Origin: Adineta vaga
Lineage: Eukaryota > Animalia > Rotifera
DNA: 64,000 nucleotides
Reading direction: 5' to 3'
Assembly (NCBI GenBank): GCA_021613535.1
Contig: CP075496.1
Span: 4,464,001-4,528,000, forward strand
The position numbers and the translations under genes were made by a program. Position 1 is the first letter of the stretch; each line of letters begins with the position of its first letter. The notes under the pieces are model-generated. The model did not search any database, was not told the DNA's origin, and saw nothing but the letters and a program-made list of their open reading frames with translations. Positions 52,741-64,000 of this stretch are shown here, piece after piece.

Positions 52741-53739
52741 ATTTATTTGAACAATTGTTTGTTTATTATTTTTCAATTTATTTTTGCTTTCTTTTCTTAC
52801 GATTTGGTTTATGTATGTTTTGCTAATATAAATATAAATATAAATATCTGCATCTGTATAAACGAAAATAAAACGTGTGAAAATTTTCAATTCGATCTAT
52901 GCACATCTGCAGTTGCCCATCATCACTCATTCTTTCAAGTGTATGATGCTGATAGACAATCATACTGACTGTTCGACTCATTCATCGATGAAATATAGAG
53001 AAGAAACGAGTGCATGCACTAGCACATCATTTTTCTCTCTTTTTTTCCCTCTCACTCAATCTTTCTTTTCTCTAACCAGCTTTTCGGAGGCAAATACAAA
53101 GATGATGATCATCATCATGCGTGCTATTAATGTTGGTGGTTGAGAGAGAATAAAGTTGTCGGTCGGGTTTTCTTATTTCTTTTCTTCGAGATATGAGGTT
53201 TTCTTATTGCTGCCGTCATCGGATTTTGAAAAGAATTCATAAATAGAGTAACAGAACGTTGTTGCATGCTTAGCACAACACATATTTTGTATTTTCCACA
53301 AAAAGACTAGCTCTAACATTGTCACCATCCTTTAGTCCATTTCTCTTGTCAAAATACTTGGGGTACTGTTGCTTTTCCTATTCTTTACTTTTTTTTCTTC
53401 TCTTTTATCAACTCATATTAACATCCTTTCTCCCACTCTCGACTTGTTTTATATTGGTACGACTGATGGTATCGAGAGAAAAATTCGATTCTTTCTTTTT
53501 CTTTTTCTTTCTATCTACATAGTCGAAATCGACGTCCTGTTTCGAGTGCAAACCATTACTAGCATCAAGTAATGAAAGGAGAAGAAGAAGAAAACGACGA
53601 ACATATGAAAACAAGCAAAAGATGCGTATACAAACATAAAAGCATCCTATATTATTCTTTTTCGTCCATCTGTCTATCTATATCTCTCTCAAGCATGTAT
53701 AGAAACAATTTCGTCTGCATTATTAATCCCAGGCTAGTA

Positions 53740-53990
53740 AGCGCTCTCTTCTTTCTCTCTCTCTCTCTTCTTCTTCTTCTTCTTCTTCAGCGTGTGCCGA
53801 GTGCGAATAGGTCAATAATAAATTGAAGAGAAAAAAAAGGAAAAGAGAGAAGAAACGGGAAAAAACTGGCACCCATGCATGTTCTGCATCTATCTATTTT
53901 TGTATTGAAGGAGAACAAAGAATCGACGATCGAGAAAGAGGAAAAAAGAAAGAAAGAGCGAGATGGAGAGAGCGAGAGAGAGAGAGACGC
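53740..53990. repeat. CT/CTT and GA simple-sequence repeats
   Basis: (CT)n and (CTT)n at ~53745-53787; (GA)n at ~53965-53987. Confidence 0.7.
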
Positions 53991-55857
53991 ACAACACAAT
54001 GTTGCTGTCGACGCTGCGAGCGCATCATCACATCATTCAGTTCGCCTCTATCTTGACGAGAAGCAGCAATAGTAATAGTTATAGACGTAGTAATAAGACT
54101 GGAGAAGATTGACAAATTTATATGGTTAATTTATAGAAGATTTCACGGAAGGGTAAGTTCGATATTTTGTTCTTTACTCACAGGTGTAAATAAGACTTAC
54201 TCATATAAACTTAATAAAAAAAAGCAACTTGTCTATTGCTTTCTTTTTTTTTCTCATTCACTTTTTATTGTTCAGTTATTAAAGATCTATGTAAACGCAT
54301 ATGTCTGCCATTTGATCTTTTACTGTTGCTAAATAGTAGAGAGAAAGAGAAAAAAAAAGGAAAGATCCCTTTCCACACAGGCATACGAAAGGTATAGAAT
54401 AGAAATAATAATCGATTTTTTTCTGTAATAGTGAACGGATCATCAACAGAAAGGGAGAGTTTTCTATGCTGCCTATCTTTCTGTCTCTGTCTCTGTCTCT
54501 CTCTCGCCGGATAGTAAAGAAAAGAGAAGAAGACGGGTATAGAAAAAAAAGCACCCAAGCGGGTGTGTTTGTCATTCGACATCAATCATTAACACATGAA
54601 AAGTAAAGATGATTAGAGAAAAAGACTTCTCTTCTCTCTATCTCAGAGTTATTTGAGTTATAGCTTCTATTTCACCATAAATATGTTGCTTTTTACAACC
54701 TTAGAAATCTTCTCTCACTCTTCATTTTATTTAATCATCTCAATTTGTGTCAGCAAAGAGATCGTGCTATGTGAAAATCGAAATCATATCACAGTCTTGC
54801 TTTGTTGACATGAAACCAACATACATCAAATATGATCAAGTTAAATGATTATGAAATGTATTTCTATTAATTAATTAAAACCTATTCAAATTTTTTAATC
54901 AATTATTATCGATTTATTATCTATTCTTTTATGTACTTGAAACTAAGAATTCCAATAACAGAAAAAAAAGACGGTTTCTGTCGGTAATCAGTCTGTGAAA
55001 TGTTCAGATAAAATCAAAAGTCATATCACAGCCTGCTTGCTGATCTTCACCGTCGATTACTTCCTAGCATCATACAAATTCAATTGATCAATATTATTTG
55101 ATACTATTCTGAATAGAATGAAATGATATATGTATATACATCTATTGATGAAATTCAACAATCAACTTGTTTTACTTGTACAAAGGGCACGATGAACTTT
55201 TGATCATAGAAAGAATCGAGAAGATTTGTCTTTTCCTTCAATTATAAATGAACCATGCCATTTATCTATTCTTCTATGTTCATTCTACACATATGTTCAT
55301 CTGCTATTAATAAATGAACAAATGTGAAAGACAATATGTTATTTTTTCATGTTTTTTCTTCCTCTGATCAGATAGATAAATAATGATTCAATTGTTTTGC
55401 TATTGAATAGACACAAAATATTAGAATAATAAGAAAAGAAACCATCAAACTATGTTTGAAACATTATGGTTCAAATGAATATTACACCCGGAAGTGAAAA
55501 TATAATCATCATACTGATAGTTCTGATTTCTGTTTGATCATTAACCCAATTTTATATACATTAATGTACAAGAAAACTTATCAAAACAATAGATAGTCTG
55601 TTTATTTTTCATGAGAGAAATAAAAATAATTGATTATCAAGTTAATACATTTGTTCTTTGCCTAGAAACATCCTGAAAATCTTTTCGAATCGAATCGTGT
55701 TGTTCTTCTAAAGTATTAAGATGAAATAAAATGAATTTCAGATGATACTGTACGACCTCTGTTCACATAAAATTCTATACGCTACATGATAATCCAGTTA
55801 GAATAAATTATAGAATTGATTTTCTTCATTTTAAAAGAAAAATTTATTTTCCAAAAA

Positions 55858-57375
55858 ATGTTGATATCACGTATTTGTACATCTATTGTTTCGAAATGTC
55901 CAAATCGATTTATATTTAACAAACAGCAACGTTTCCTGACAAACCTATCATCAGAAAAAAAAAATGATCATGAAAGCAATGATTTGAATGAAACATCAAC
56001 TACGCAATCATCGGATAAAGATAATGAATGGTTATGGTCATATTTACGTGATCGTAGTAGTTTCTCTGATTTAACTCTTGAACAAAAACGACGTGTCATT
56101 GAAATTGGTAAGAGAGAGAGTTGGAAATATCCTTGATACTAAATATTTTATTGTAGAGATTCAAACTTTAAGAGAAAGTGGTGAACGTGTGCCAGATACT
56201 ATACCCGATGAACGGTGGAATGAACTGATAAATTTACCTTTACTTGAATCTCGTAAAACTCTTTATGGGTATGAAATTCAAAACGACAAAGATTTATGAA
56301 TTTGTGGGTATTTATTTATTAGATATCTCTTTCTTCGTGAAGTCTATCGAAAGCGTCGTGCTCTTGTTGTTGCTCAAAATAATCTTCGTCGTATAGAAGC
56401 AACTAAACGTCGTGAAGACCTTCTTGCTCAAGGAAAACAACCAACAAATTATCCCGGTTATTCTTCAATTTTTCGTCATTTAGGTCGACAAAATGAAAAA
56501 TATGTACGTGAACAAACATTACTTGCACCTGCACGTCTTGGAGAAATGCTTGTTATTGATTGTGGTTTTGAACAAGAACATGCTCGTGCATATCATCTTT
56601 TGAATTTAGTTGATCAAGTACAATATCTATTTGCCGAACTTCATCGATATCATTCTCCATCATTTGTTTACTTATGTAATTTATCACAAGATGGACGATT
56701 ACAAACCGAATTCAATCGTCGAGCTCCATTAGATAATTTGTGTCTTCAAGCAACTGCATCAAGTTATTTGGACATATTTCCACAAGAAAAATTAATCTAT
56801 TTATCACCGGATTCCAATGTAGAAATGACATCATTCGATCATGATGCAGTGTATATTATTGGTGGAATTATTGATATCAGTAGGTGGTTTCTTTTTTTAA
56901 AACTATTTCATCATATGATTCAACGTTCTACAATAAATAATTGATGTCTTTTTTTATATTTATAGCTGGTAAGAAACCGTTAACATTCGGTAAAGCAAAA
57001 CGAGAGAATATTAAACATCAACGATTTCCTATTGATCGATATGTCAAGTATGATTTATCAAAAGAAAAGTACTTAGAAAAAAAAAGAAATATAAATCATT
57101 TTTATTAGATTTGGTGGTGGTAGTGGTAAAACATTAACGATCGATCAAGTGTATAATATTCTAATGACATTAAAACATACTGGCTCTTGGATTGAAGCAT
57201 TTAAATTTATTCCGTAAGAAAATAGATTTTCAAAATTGATACTATGAATCATTCGTTTTATTTTTTTTTCAATAGAGATAGAAAAATTGTTGAAAGATAT
57301 TCCGAAAAAGTACAAGATAAACAAATTGAATATGAAAAATTCGGTCGATGGACAGGTCTAAATGTTAAGCATTAA
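55858..57375 (+). CDS. TRMT10C: Mitochondrial tRNA m1R9 methyltransferase / RNase P protein 1
   Basis: Mitochondrial-type leader, LRESGERVP, LVIDCGFE, SYLDIFPQEKLIYLSPDS, VYIIGGIID, KTLTIDQV, GSWIEAFKFIP. Confidence 0.88.
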
Positions 57376-58011
57376 TTTGTTATTTTTGTTTTCATTCTTT
57401 GATGAAAAAAAATATACAATTTCGATATTTTGTTATTGTTATTACAACGAATTTGATCTACTTTCTATCTAGTTATGAATCATACTGAGATAGAAGAAGA
57501 AGAAGAAGAGGAAGTCAATATAAACAATGTCGTTTATCTCTAGTTACGTACATTTCTACAAATCTCAAGTCAGACTACAAATTGTGGTTAATAACTCAGA
57601 CAAATAATCAAGGAAATTCATATGACACTTACATTGATCTTTAGTTTATCGAATATCTTTAATAATTCTTATGTAAATATATAATTATTATCGAAGAAAA
57701 AGTCATTATTTTTGCATCTGACTGTTTCTACGTCGATCATAATTCGTACTTTTCTTCCTATTGTATTAACCTAGAAAGAAATCAAGTAAAATGATCTTAA
57801 TATAAGGCAAGTTATATCTCATTAATGCACGATGAAATAAAAATCTCGAGGTATTTCCTTTTTTTTTCTTTTCTATCAATTATTATTGATTACATACGCA
57901 TCAGTGACAAATGTTATTAAAGCACTATAATTAATACAAAAATATAGTTTTGAAATATATTCTTCTTCTTGTTTTTCTTTTCAAAATAATCACTGTTCGT
58001 TGAAAATGTTC

Positions 58012-59693
58012 TTAAACAAATTTCACGTGATGTACTGTTGATGTTATTAATTCATCGGTTTTCTTTTTCATACAACTTGGACTTGGATTTTTCAAAGAAT
58101 GATTATTCGAATGAACAGTTAAGGTATTTGACATCGTAGTATGTTCATCATGATTCGTTGATGCTAATTGTTGATAAGATGAATTTGGAAAAGGTGATTC
58201 AGTTAGATTTATCGATGAATAAGGTGTTGTATGTTTGTCACCATTTGAAGATATTGGAATGTGCAAATGTGATGAATTTGTTGCTGAATGTGAGACAGAT
58301 CTTGGTCGAGTATCTGACGGATTATAAAGAACAGCCATTGTTGCTGATGATCTTCGACGTGAGATTGCTGCCCAAAGATCTGAATCATTTGTTGAAAAAC
58401 GTCGTGATTGTCTACGTGATGCATCTAAGGATGGTGTTCCACCAAAAAGACTTGGTCGATGTGTACTAAGACCTTCAATTGCATTTAAGAATGGATGTTG
58501 TCCATGTCGAAGAAATAGATATAAAACCATTTCTCGAAAACGTTGACCAAAAACAGCAAATAGAAAAAAATTAATAAAACCATTGAATGCAATTAATAAA
58601 TTTGCGAACGAATTGAAACGATGTAGTGAATTCTTATTTAAACATGGTGATAATTGTACAAGTAAATTAACAAATAAATTTATTGAACGACATAACATAA
58701 ATGTTAAAACAATAACGATTAACATAATTGTTATACGAATATCTGCTTTCATTCGATGACCTAAACGTCTTTTGTTCTTTTTTATTAATAATAATTGATG
58801 AATCATACTACCATTACATAAAGTTAGTAAAGTAAATGGAATTACAAATGTAACAGGGACGTTTAAATAGAAACGATAGATTGATCGATAAATATTATTT
58901 GAACCAAATGTTGTATAAGAAATTTCAAGAAGTTTTTCCTGTTTAACAATTGTTGTAATTGAATTATTAGCATTAAATGTAAAATTTCTTTGAATATAAA
59001 CATTTTTTGTACGATATTCAAACCAATGTGGAAATATATAAACATTAACAAGAATAAAAACAAGTAGCAATAAACGTATGGCCATTTTTCGTGTACGAAT
59101 TTTTTCGGCAATTAATGGCCAACAGATTAGAAAATATCGATCACCACTAACAAGAACAGTTAAATATGTACTACAAAGTAATAGCATTGATAAAAAAGGT
59201 GTTGTAAATGGTGCCACACGTGCATAGAATTGTTCATAGGAATTTGCTAATAAAGCATCACGATTAATTCGATCCGGTCGATGTAAATAAGCTAATAATT
59301 CCGGATAAGAAGCTATGTAAAAAAAAAGAATGTGAAAAATTTAGAAATATAAAAAGAAAAAAGTATTTAGTTTACCAATCGACTTTAATGAGTAATTTAT
59401 CATCAAACCAGTTAATAGAAATATATTACATATGGATAAAGCCATTAAATAAACATGTGTTGAACTATTTCGCATACGTGGATGAAGTAAAACAACAACA
59501 GTAAAAATATTAGTCATTATACCTAAAAATATATCGTTTGAAGTTAAAAAAAAATGTCTCGTCAATGGAAGAGTCACGTTTCTTGCTTACCAAATAGACA
59601 AAAGATTAATGTTAACCATCCACCGACGATATATTTGATAGAGACAGTATTTGAATCGATAAGATTCACTTCGGCTGAACAATTTAGCGCCAT
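58012..59693 (-). CDS. Class A GPCR, FMRFamide/peptide receptor-like
   Basis: GIMTNIFTVVVL..MRNSSTHVYLMALS, STYLTVLVSGDRY, IPHWFEY, IPFTLLTLCN, NGFINFFLF..GQRFR; two introns. Confidence 0.88.
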
Positions 59694-62600
59694 TGATCGT
59701 CATCGATATTTATCGAAGACCATCGAAGAAAAGAAATATTTATTCTAAAATGAAATAAAGAAGAAAATCAATGAGAACTCTTCACGTTGAATTTTGAAAG
59801 CATTTTTCTATATTTAACCTTCTTGAAAACTAATTAGGCACGTATAGTCATACTTGTCATCATTGCTTTTCTTCTTCTTCTTTTGTTTTCTCGCTTAGAC
59901 TAGAGAGAGAGAGAGAAATGAAGAGAAAGAAACTGGAATAATAAGATACGGCTAAACCAAGCACTGCTGAAATCTATTTTTTTTTCTTTTTCATCTAAAA
60001 AATGAGATGATAATGATGATGAGGGTGATTATGATGAGACAAGACGACTTCTTCGTGAGATATTAATCGTTGTCTTCTCTTTTTTCAAATTGCCTCTATT
60101 GAAGACAAATGAACAAATCGGATGACACGAGAATATGTAATTTGGTTAACCAGTTTTTTTTCATCTCGCCGTGACAGTTCTTCTTCTTGTTCTTCTTGTT
60201 CTTTTCGAGTGACAGAACATATTAAAACATGCACGACTCATCTTTACATTAACAAACGTAGAGTAAAAATATGCTGCTGAATTTCAGGGTATCTCTTTCA
60301 AAATTATTTTCTCGAGCGGAATCTCATAGAAAAGCTGAGTAGAGATGAATAAGAAAAGAAGATCTTTTTCTCCGTTAGTAGATTATCGATAAGACCAGAA
60401 TTTTTATCTACAAAGACGACATCAAACATATTCAGCTTAATATTTCTCTACGTCTCTTTCTTTACCTGATGCGAGATTATGTCTTCCATTCCTAAATGAA
60501 TACAAACAATCTATTAGTATATGAATATATCGAGTAACTGAATAGAATCAAACGATAGTTATGGGATTGAACTTTGTATAAGCAAGAAAAGAGGAAGAAG
60601 AAGAAGTGCAAAAACAGGAAATGCTCCTTTTTTCCTTATTTGCATAACTTATGCCAAAATACGTTCGTTTCATTGTTTGCTAGAAGAAATAGTCGACTAT
60701 TAACTAGGAAAACCTCTGTTAACTAATAAGAAATTTTTTTTTACTACTCTTCTTTTCATCTCATAGTGCTAGCAATCATTTCTTTTGGTTAAACATTAAC
60801 GCTCAAAAAGAAAATCAATGAGAGGGAAGTAGGAAACAAGCCTCAAGATCAATGTGTATACACTTGCATTGAGAAGATCACTCGTTAAAAGCAAGGAAAA
60901 TATAAGCTGATAGTTAAGATATTCTTTATTCACATCCGAAAGTTTTTTTCTTTTTCTCATCATTCGGAAGAAGTAACATATTGACGAAACTAAACAAAAA
61001 CGAGAAAAAAAAGAAGTTATAAAAGGAAACATCGATTACTTTTTTTTTCTTTCAAACTTATTAAATGTATTTACACGATATGCTCACAATTGCTGATGAG
61101 TTTTATTGGAATAATCATCACCCGTCTATTTCTCTTTCTCTCTTTCTCATTGACGAAAGAAAAGGCATAAAGAATAGAAGAAAATTTTATCAACAAAACT
61201 ACTTATCTATTCGTATTGAATTTTGTGTTACGAAGAGAAGGCAGAGAATAATAAAGTCTACAAAATTAAATAGATCGTGACTACTATCAAAGACTTTCAT
61301 AGATTATTAATTTGAAGGAGTAGTGCTCTTTAGAGAACATAAAGAGAACTAGTGATTAAGTAAAAAGAAAAAGATAGTGTCGGGATATTGATTGAATAAC
61401 ATGCAATAAAAAATTCTAAATCACTAATTGACATGTTATTTCGAGAGGAAATCTTTATATAATTATTAACCTTGAAGTTTTTCTTGGAAACAAATCAAAA
61501 TAGATCATTACCTATCTGTAACAATAATGCGTGCAATTGTACATATATGGATAATAGAGATGTTATGGCGATTAGCGCAGTTGGGCGGAGTTTCTACCTT
61601 TATCTGTCGTCAGTCATCTAGATTTCTCGAGTTGATTATTGTTATTACTATTCTATCGGATGCTGCCTTTTGCAGATTTCAACACTGCGATTAACATACT
61701 TTTCTCGAACGAGTAGCAGGTTCGGTCGTAAAAGGAAACTCATTCAAATTACGGCAAGAAGAAGCAAAAGAGAAAAGAAAAGAGTAGCAAACACAATAAC
61801 ACTTCAAGAGATCGACATGCAAATATACTTCCTAAATCAGAAGAATTATTCATCGGATCATTGATAATTGCATTTGATATTTTTATGATATTGATTCTAG
61901 TTGTATGTTCGTTATAGTGCTGTAAACAGATTCATCTCGATCTAACTACCGCATAGGAAGAATGAAGGATGCTCGTTAAGATATGTCGATGTATACATAG
62001 ATTGATTTGTCTTATAGTCGACGAGCATCACCCAAGTATCAGTATTAAACTCGTAGGAGATGCAATCAACTTGCGTGTGTGCCACCAGTCGTAAGGAAAT
62101 GATAATCGAATAATCGATGACAAAACGCGCTAGAATATGTCAGTAGAGAAAGCAAAAAAAACCGAGTAGAATCAATGCTTCTTTAATGGTAACAGGAGAA
62201 AGTAATAGTAGAAGAAACTGCATTATTCAGTCTGTCTGATTGCTTCGGCTCATTGACATCGTGGCTCGTTCTGGCTATTTGAGAGACTAGGAGCACATTT
62301 TGAGTGTTTCTAAATGATTCGTTCAGAACTCTGATTTCTGGCAAAGCATACGTTATGAAAGAAGAAAAAAAAGTAGAAAATCATTAAGAAAAAAAACCTC
62401 GAGTAATAATATATAATTATCAATATTTTATATAACTTCGAACGTACGTTAGAAAATGATACAAAGCTGGCGCGTTTGAAAGAAAAAAGAAATTGTTTAA
62501 AAAAAAGCAAAATGCCTCATTTTCCTCCCTAAATATAAACTATCGATATTTGACTTGCCGTTATTCTCTTTCACAGAAATGAGTGATGTGTATGATGACA

Positions 62601-64000
62601 TGTGAAAGAAGCTAGCGAGAAAGACGCACAGAAATGCACATCTGTAATGAGAAGACAACAACACAACGAATAAGAAGAAGAAAAACTCGACATCTGAGCC
62701 GTCTTCATCTACAAAACAGCAGGTTGTCATTAATATGAGACACACTTAGTTAAAATGAAGATAACAAAAACAACAACAACAACGAATATTCACATCATTT
62801 TATCATTGAAAATAAACTCCTAGATGACCAAGATCAATTATCCTCGAACATGTTTAATGATTACAAAAGCAAACTTTTGCTTTATCTGCTTTTTATCCTT
62901 CTTAACATTCTGACATGATCTAAAATCGAATGATCCAATATGAATATTTTATCGATACGTCTACGTGCCAAGATTTTCTTTTTGCCTCGTGCAATATTAT
63001 TACTCGTAGAGCTGAGTAGTCGATCAGATATGCATCAATGAAATTATATGACTATCGTTGATGCAAAACGAACTCTCCTATGTTTTGTTTGTTAATAATT
63101 AAAATCACGTTCAGACAAGTAGCAATACATTCACACAAACACCCACATTGTTTTCTTTTGTATTGATATATCTATTGATTATGAAAATATTCCGATAAAA
63201 AATTCTATTCGATTGATAATAAGCAACTATTTTTCAATTAAGCACAATGTAAATATAAAACATTTGATTGTGATATTTTATTGTGATCATCATGATCTAT
63301 TATTATAACATTAATGTCTTCCTTGGATTCCTCTATTGTCTGAATAGGCAAGGTTAAAAATCGGAAATAACTTATGATAGATTATGGCTGTTGTTGTTAT
63401 TGTTTGATAATGCGTCGTTAATAAAGATATTCGTCGTTATTATATTGATGAAGGTAGATACGTTAGAATTCTCCTTTAGTAATGTTTGTTGTTGTTAAGT
63501 ATCATTTATCGAAAAGTCAACGGATATGTCATTGATATTAATAGTGATATTATCATTGTTACAATTGAGTACAGATGTATCGATTAACGAGAAAATTATG
63601 GAATAGAAATCGTTATTTAATGAAGAGTTGATAGCTATCTGCTATGCTTTATTGTTTCTTGTTTGCAATCATAACTATGCAAGAAAGCAAAGAAAATCTA
63701 GTATTTATTCATGAGAACAGTTTCTATTTTGTCTTTTGAAATAATGTTCTGTTAATTTTTACTCTTAGATTTGTTAATATGTGTATATATTAGTTATTAT
63801 CGACGAAATCACTGAGGGATTGAAATGAATAAATGTCTAACTATCAATCCCATATGGGATTAGTAAACAGGAAATGAATATTTTATAAGCAAAGATTATA
63901 TAATTATGTTCGAAAAAAGAAATTTATGGACGAGACTTGATTTATAATGATCAGGCGCTGCTAGAAAAGTTTGACAACTACTACGTAGTTGATATCTTGA

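Noticed and set aside
52669-54585. Many short hydrophobic or Lys/Arg-rich ORFs on both strands, including a signal-peptide-like one at 53614-53408
   Set aside because: They are largely explained by CT/GA simple repeats and AT-rich composition, with no recognisable domains.
7061-59693. Prepropeptide and peptide GPCR as a ligand-receptor pair
   Set aside because: They are 50 kb apart, the precursor has no RF-amide (RFG-KR) motif, and linkage does not predict pairing.
59760-64000. Short ORFs and an exon-like segment (62018-62090) upstream of the GPCR
   Set aside because: No coherent spliced ORF or homology could be built; the region is probably regulatory or UTR.
1-64000. Transposons, CRISPR arrays, tRNA/rRNA genes, bacterial contamination
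   Set aside because: None was recognisable, and the bacterial-type genes contain spliceosomal introns and sit among metazoan genes.

Overview
This is an AT-rich eukaryotic (metazoan) genomic window. It is gene-dense, with many short (~50-65 nt) GT-AG introns and several intron-bearing genes of bacterial or non-metazoan type; that combination best fits a bdelloid rotifer (inference). About 22 protein-coding genes can be reconstructed, in order: ZNRF1/2-like E3 ligase, alpha/beta-hydrolase, glycerol kinase, a secreted prepropeptide, ACSL, a small membrane protein, two tandem C/EBP-like bZIPs, SVOP-like MFS transporter, DOT1L, RPN2, RUS1, a bacterial-type M23 peptidase, an ELAV-like RRM protein, a GH63/YMR196W-like glycosidase, a TRIM-NHL-like protein, two tandem LOTUS-Tudor genes, PDIA5, selenoprotein K (UGA-Sec plus SECIS, not recovered by the ORF track), TRMT10C and a peptide GPCR. 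Highlights: (1) a C/EBP locus where a 167-nt stop-free intron may switch which AUG is in frame with the bZIP, next to a bZIP-only paralog and a cluster of bZIP sites; (2) candidate horizontally acquired genes, two of them first in operon-like tight gene pairs; (3) an unannotated neuropeptide-like precursor; (4) 5- and 13-nt micro-exons; (5) two nearby 1-nt frameshifts that are probably assembly errors. Gene models were spliced by eye and no database searches were run.
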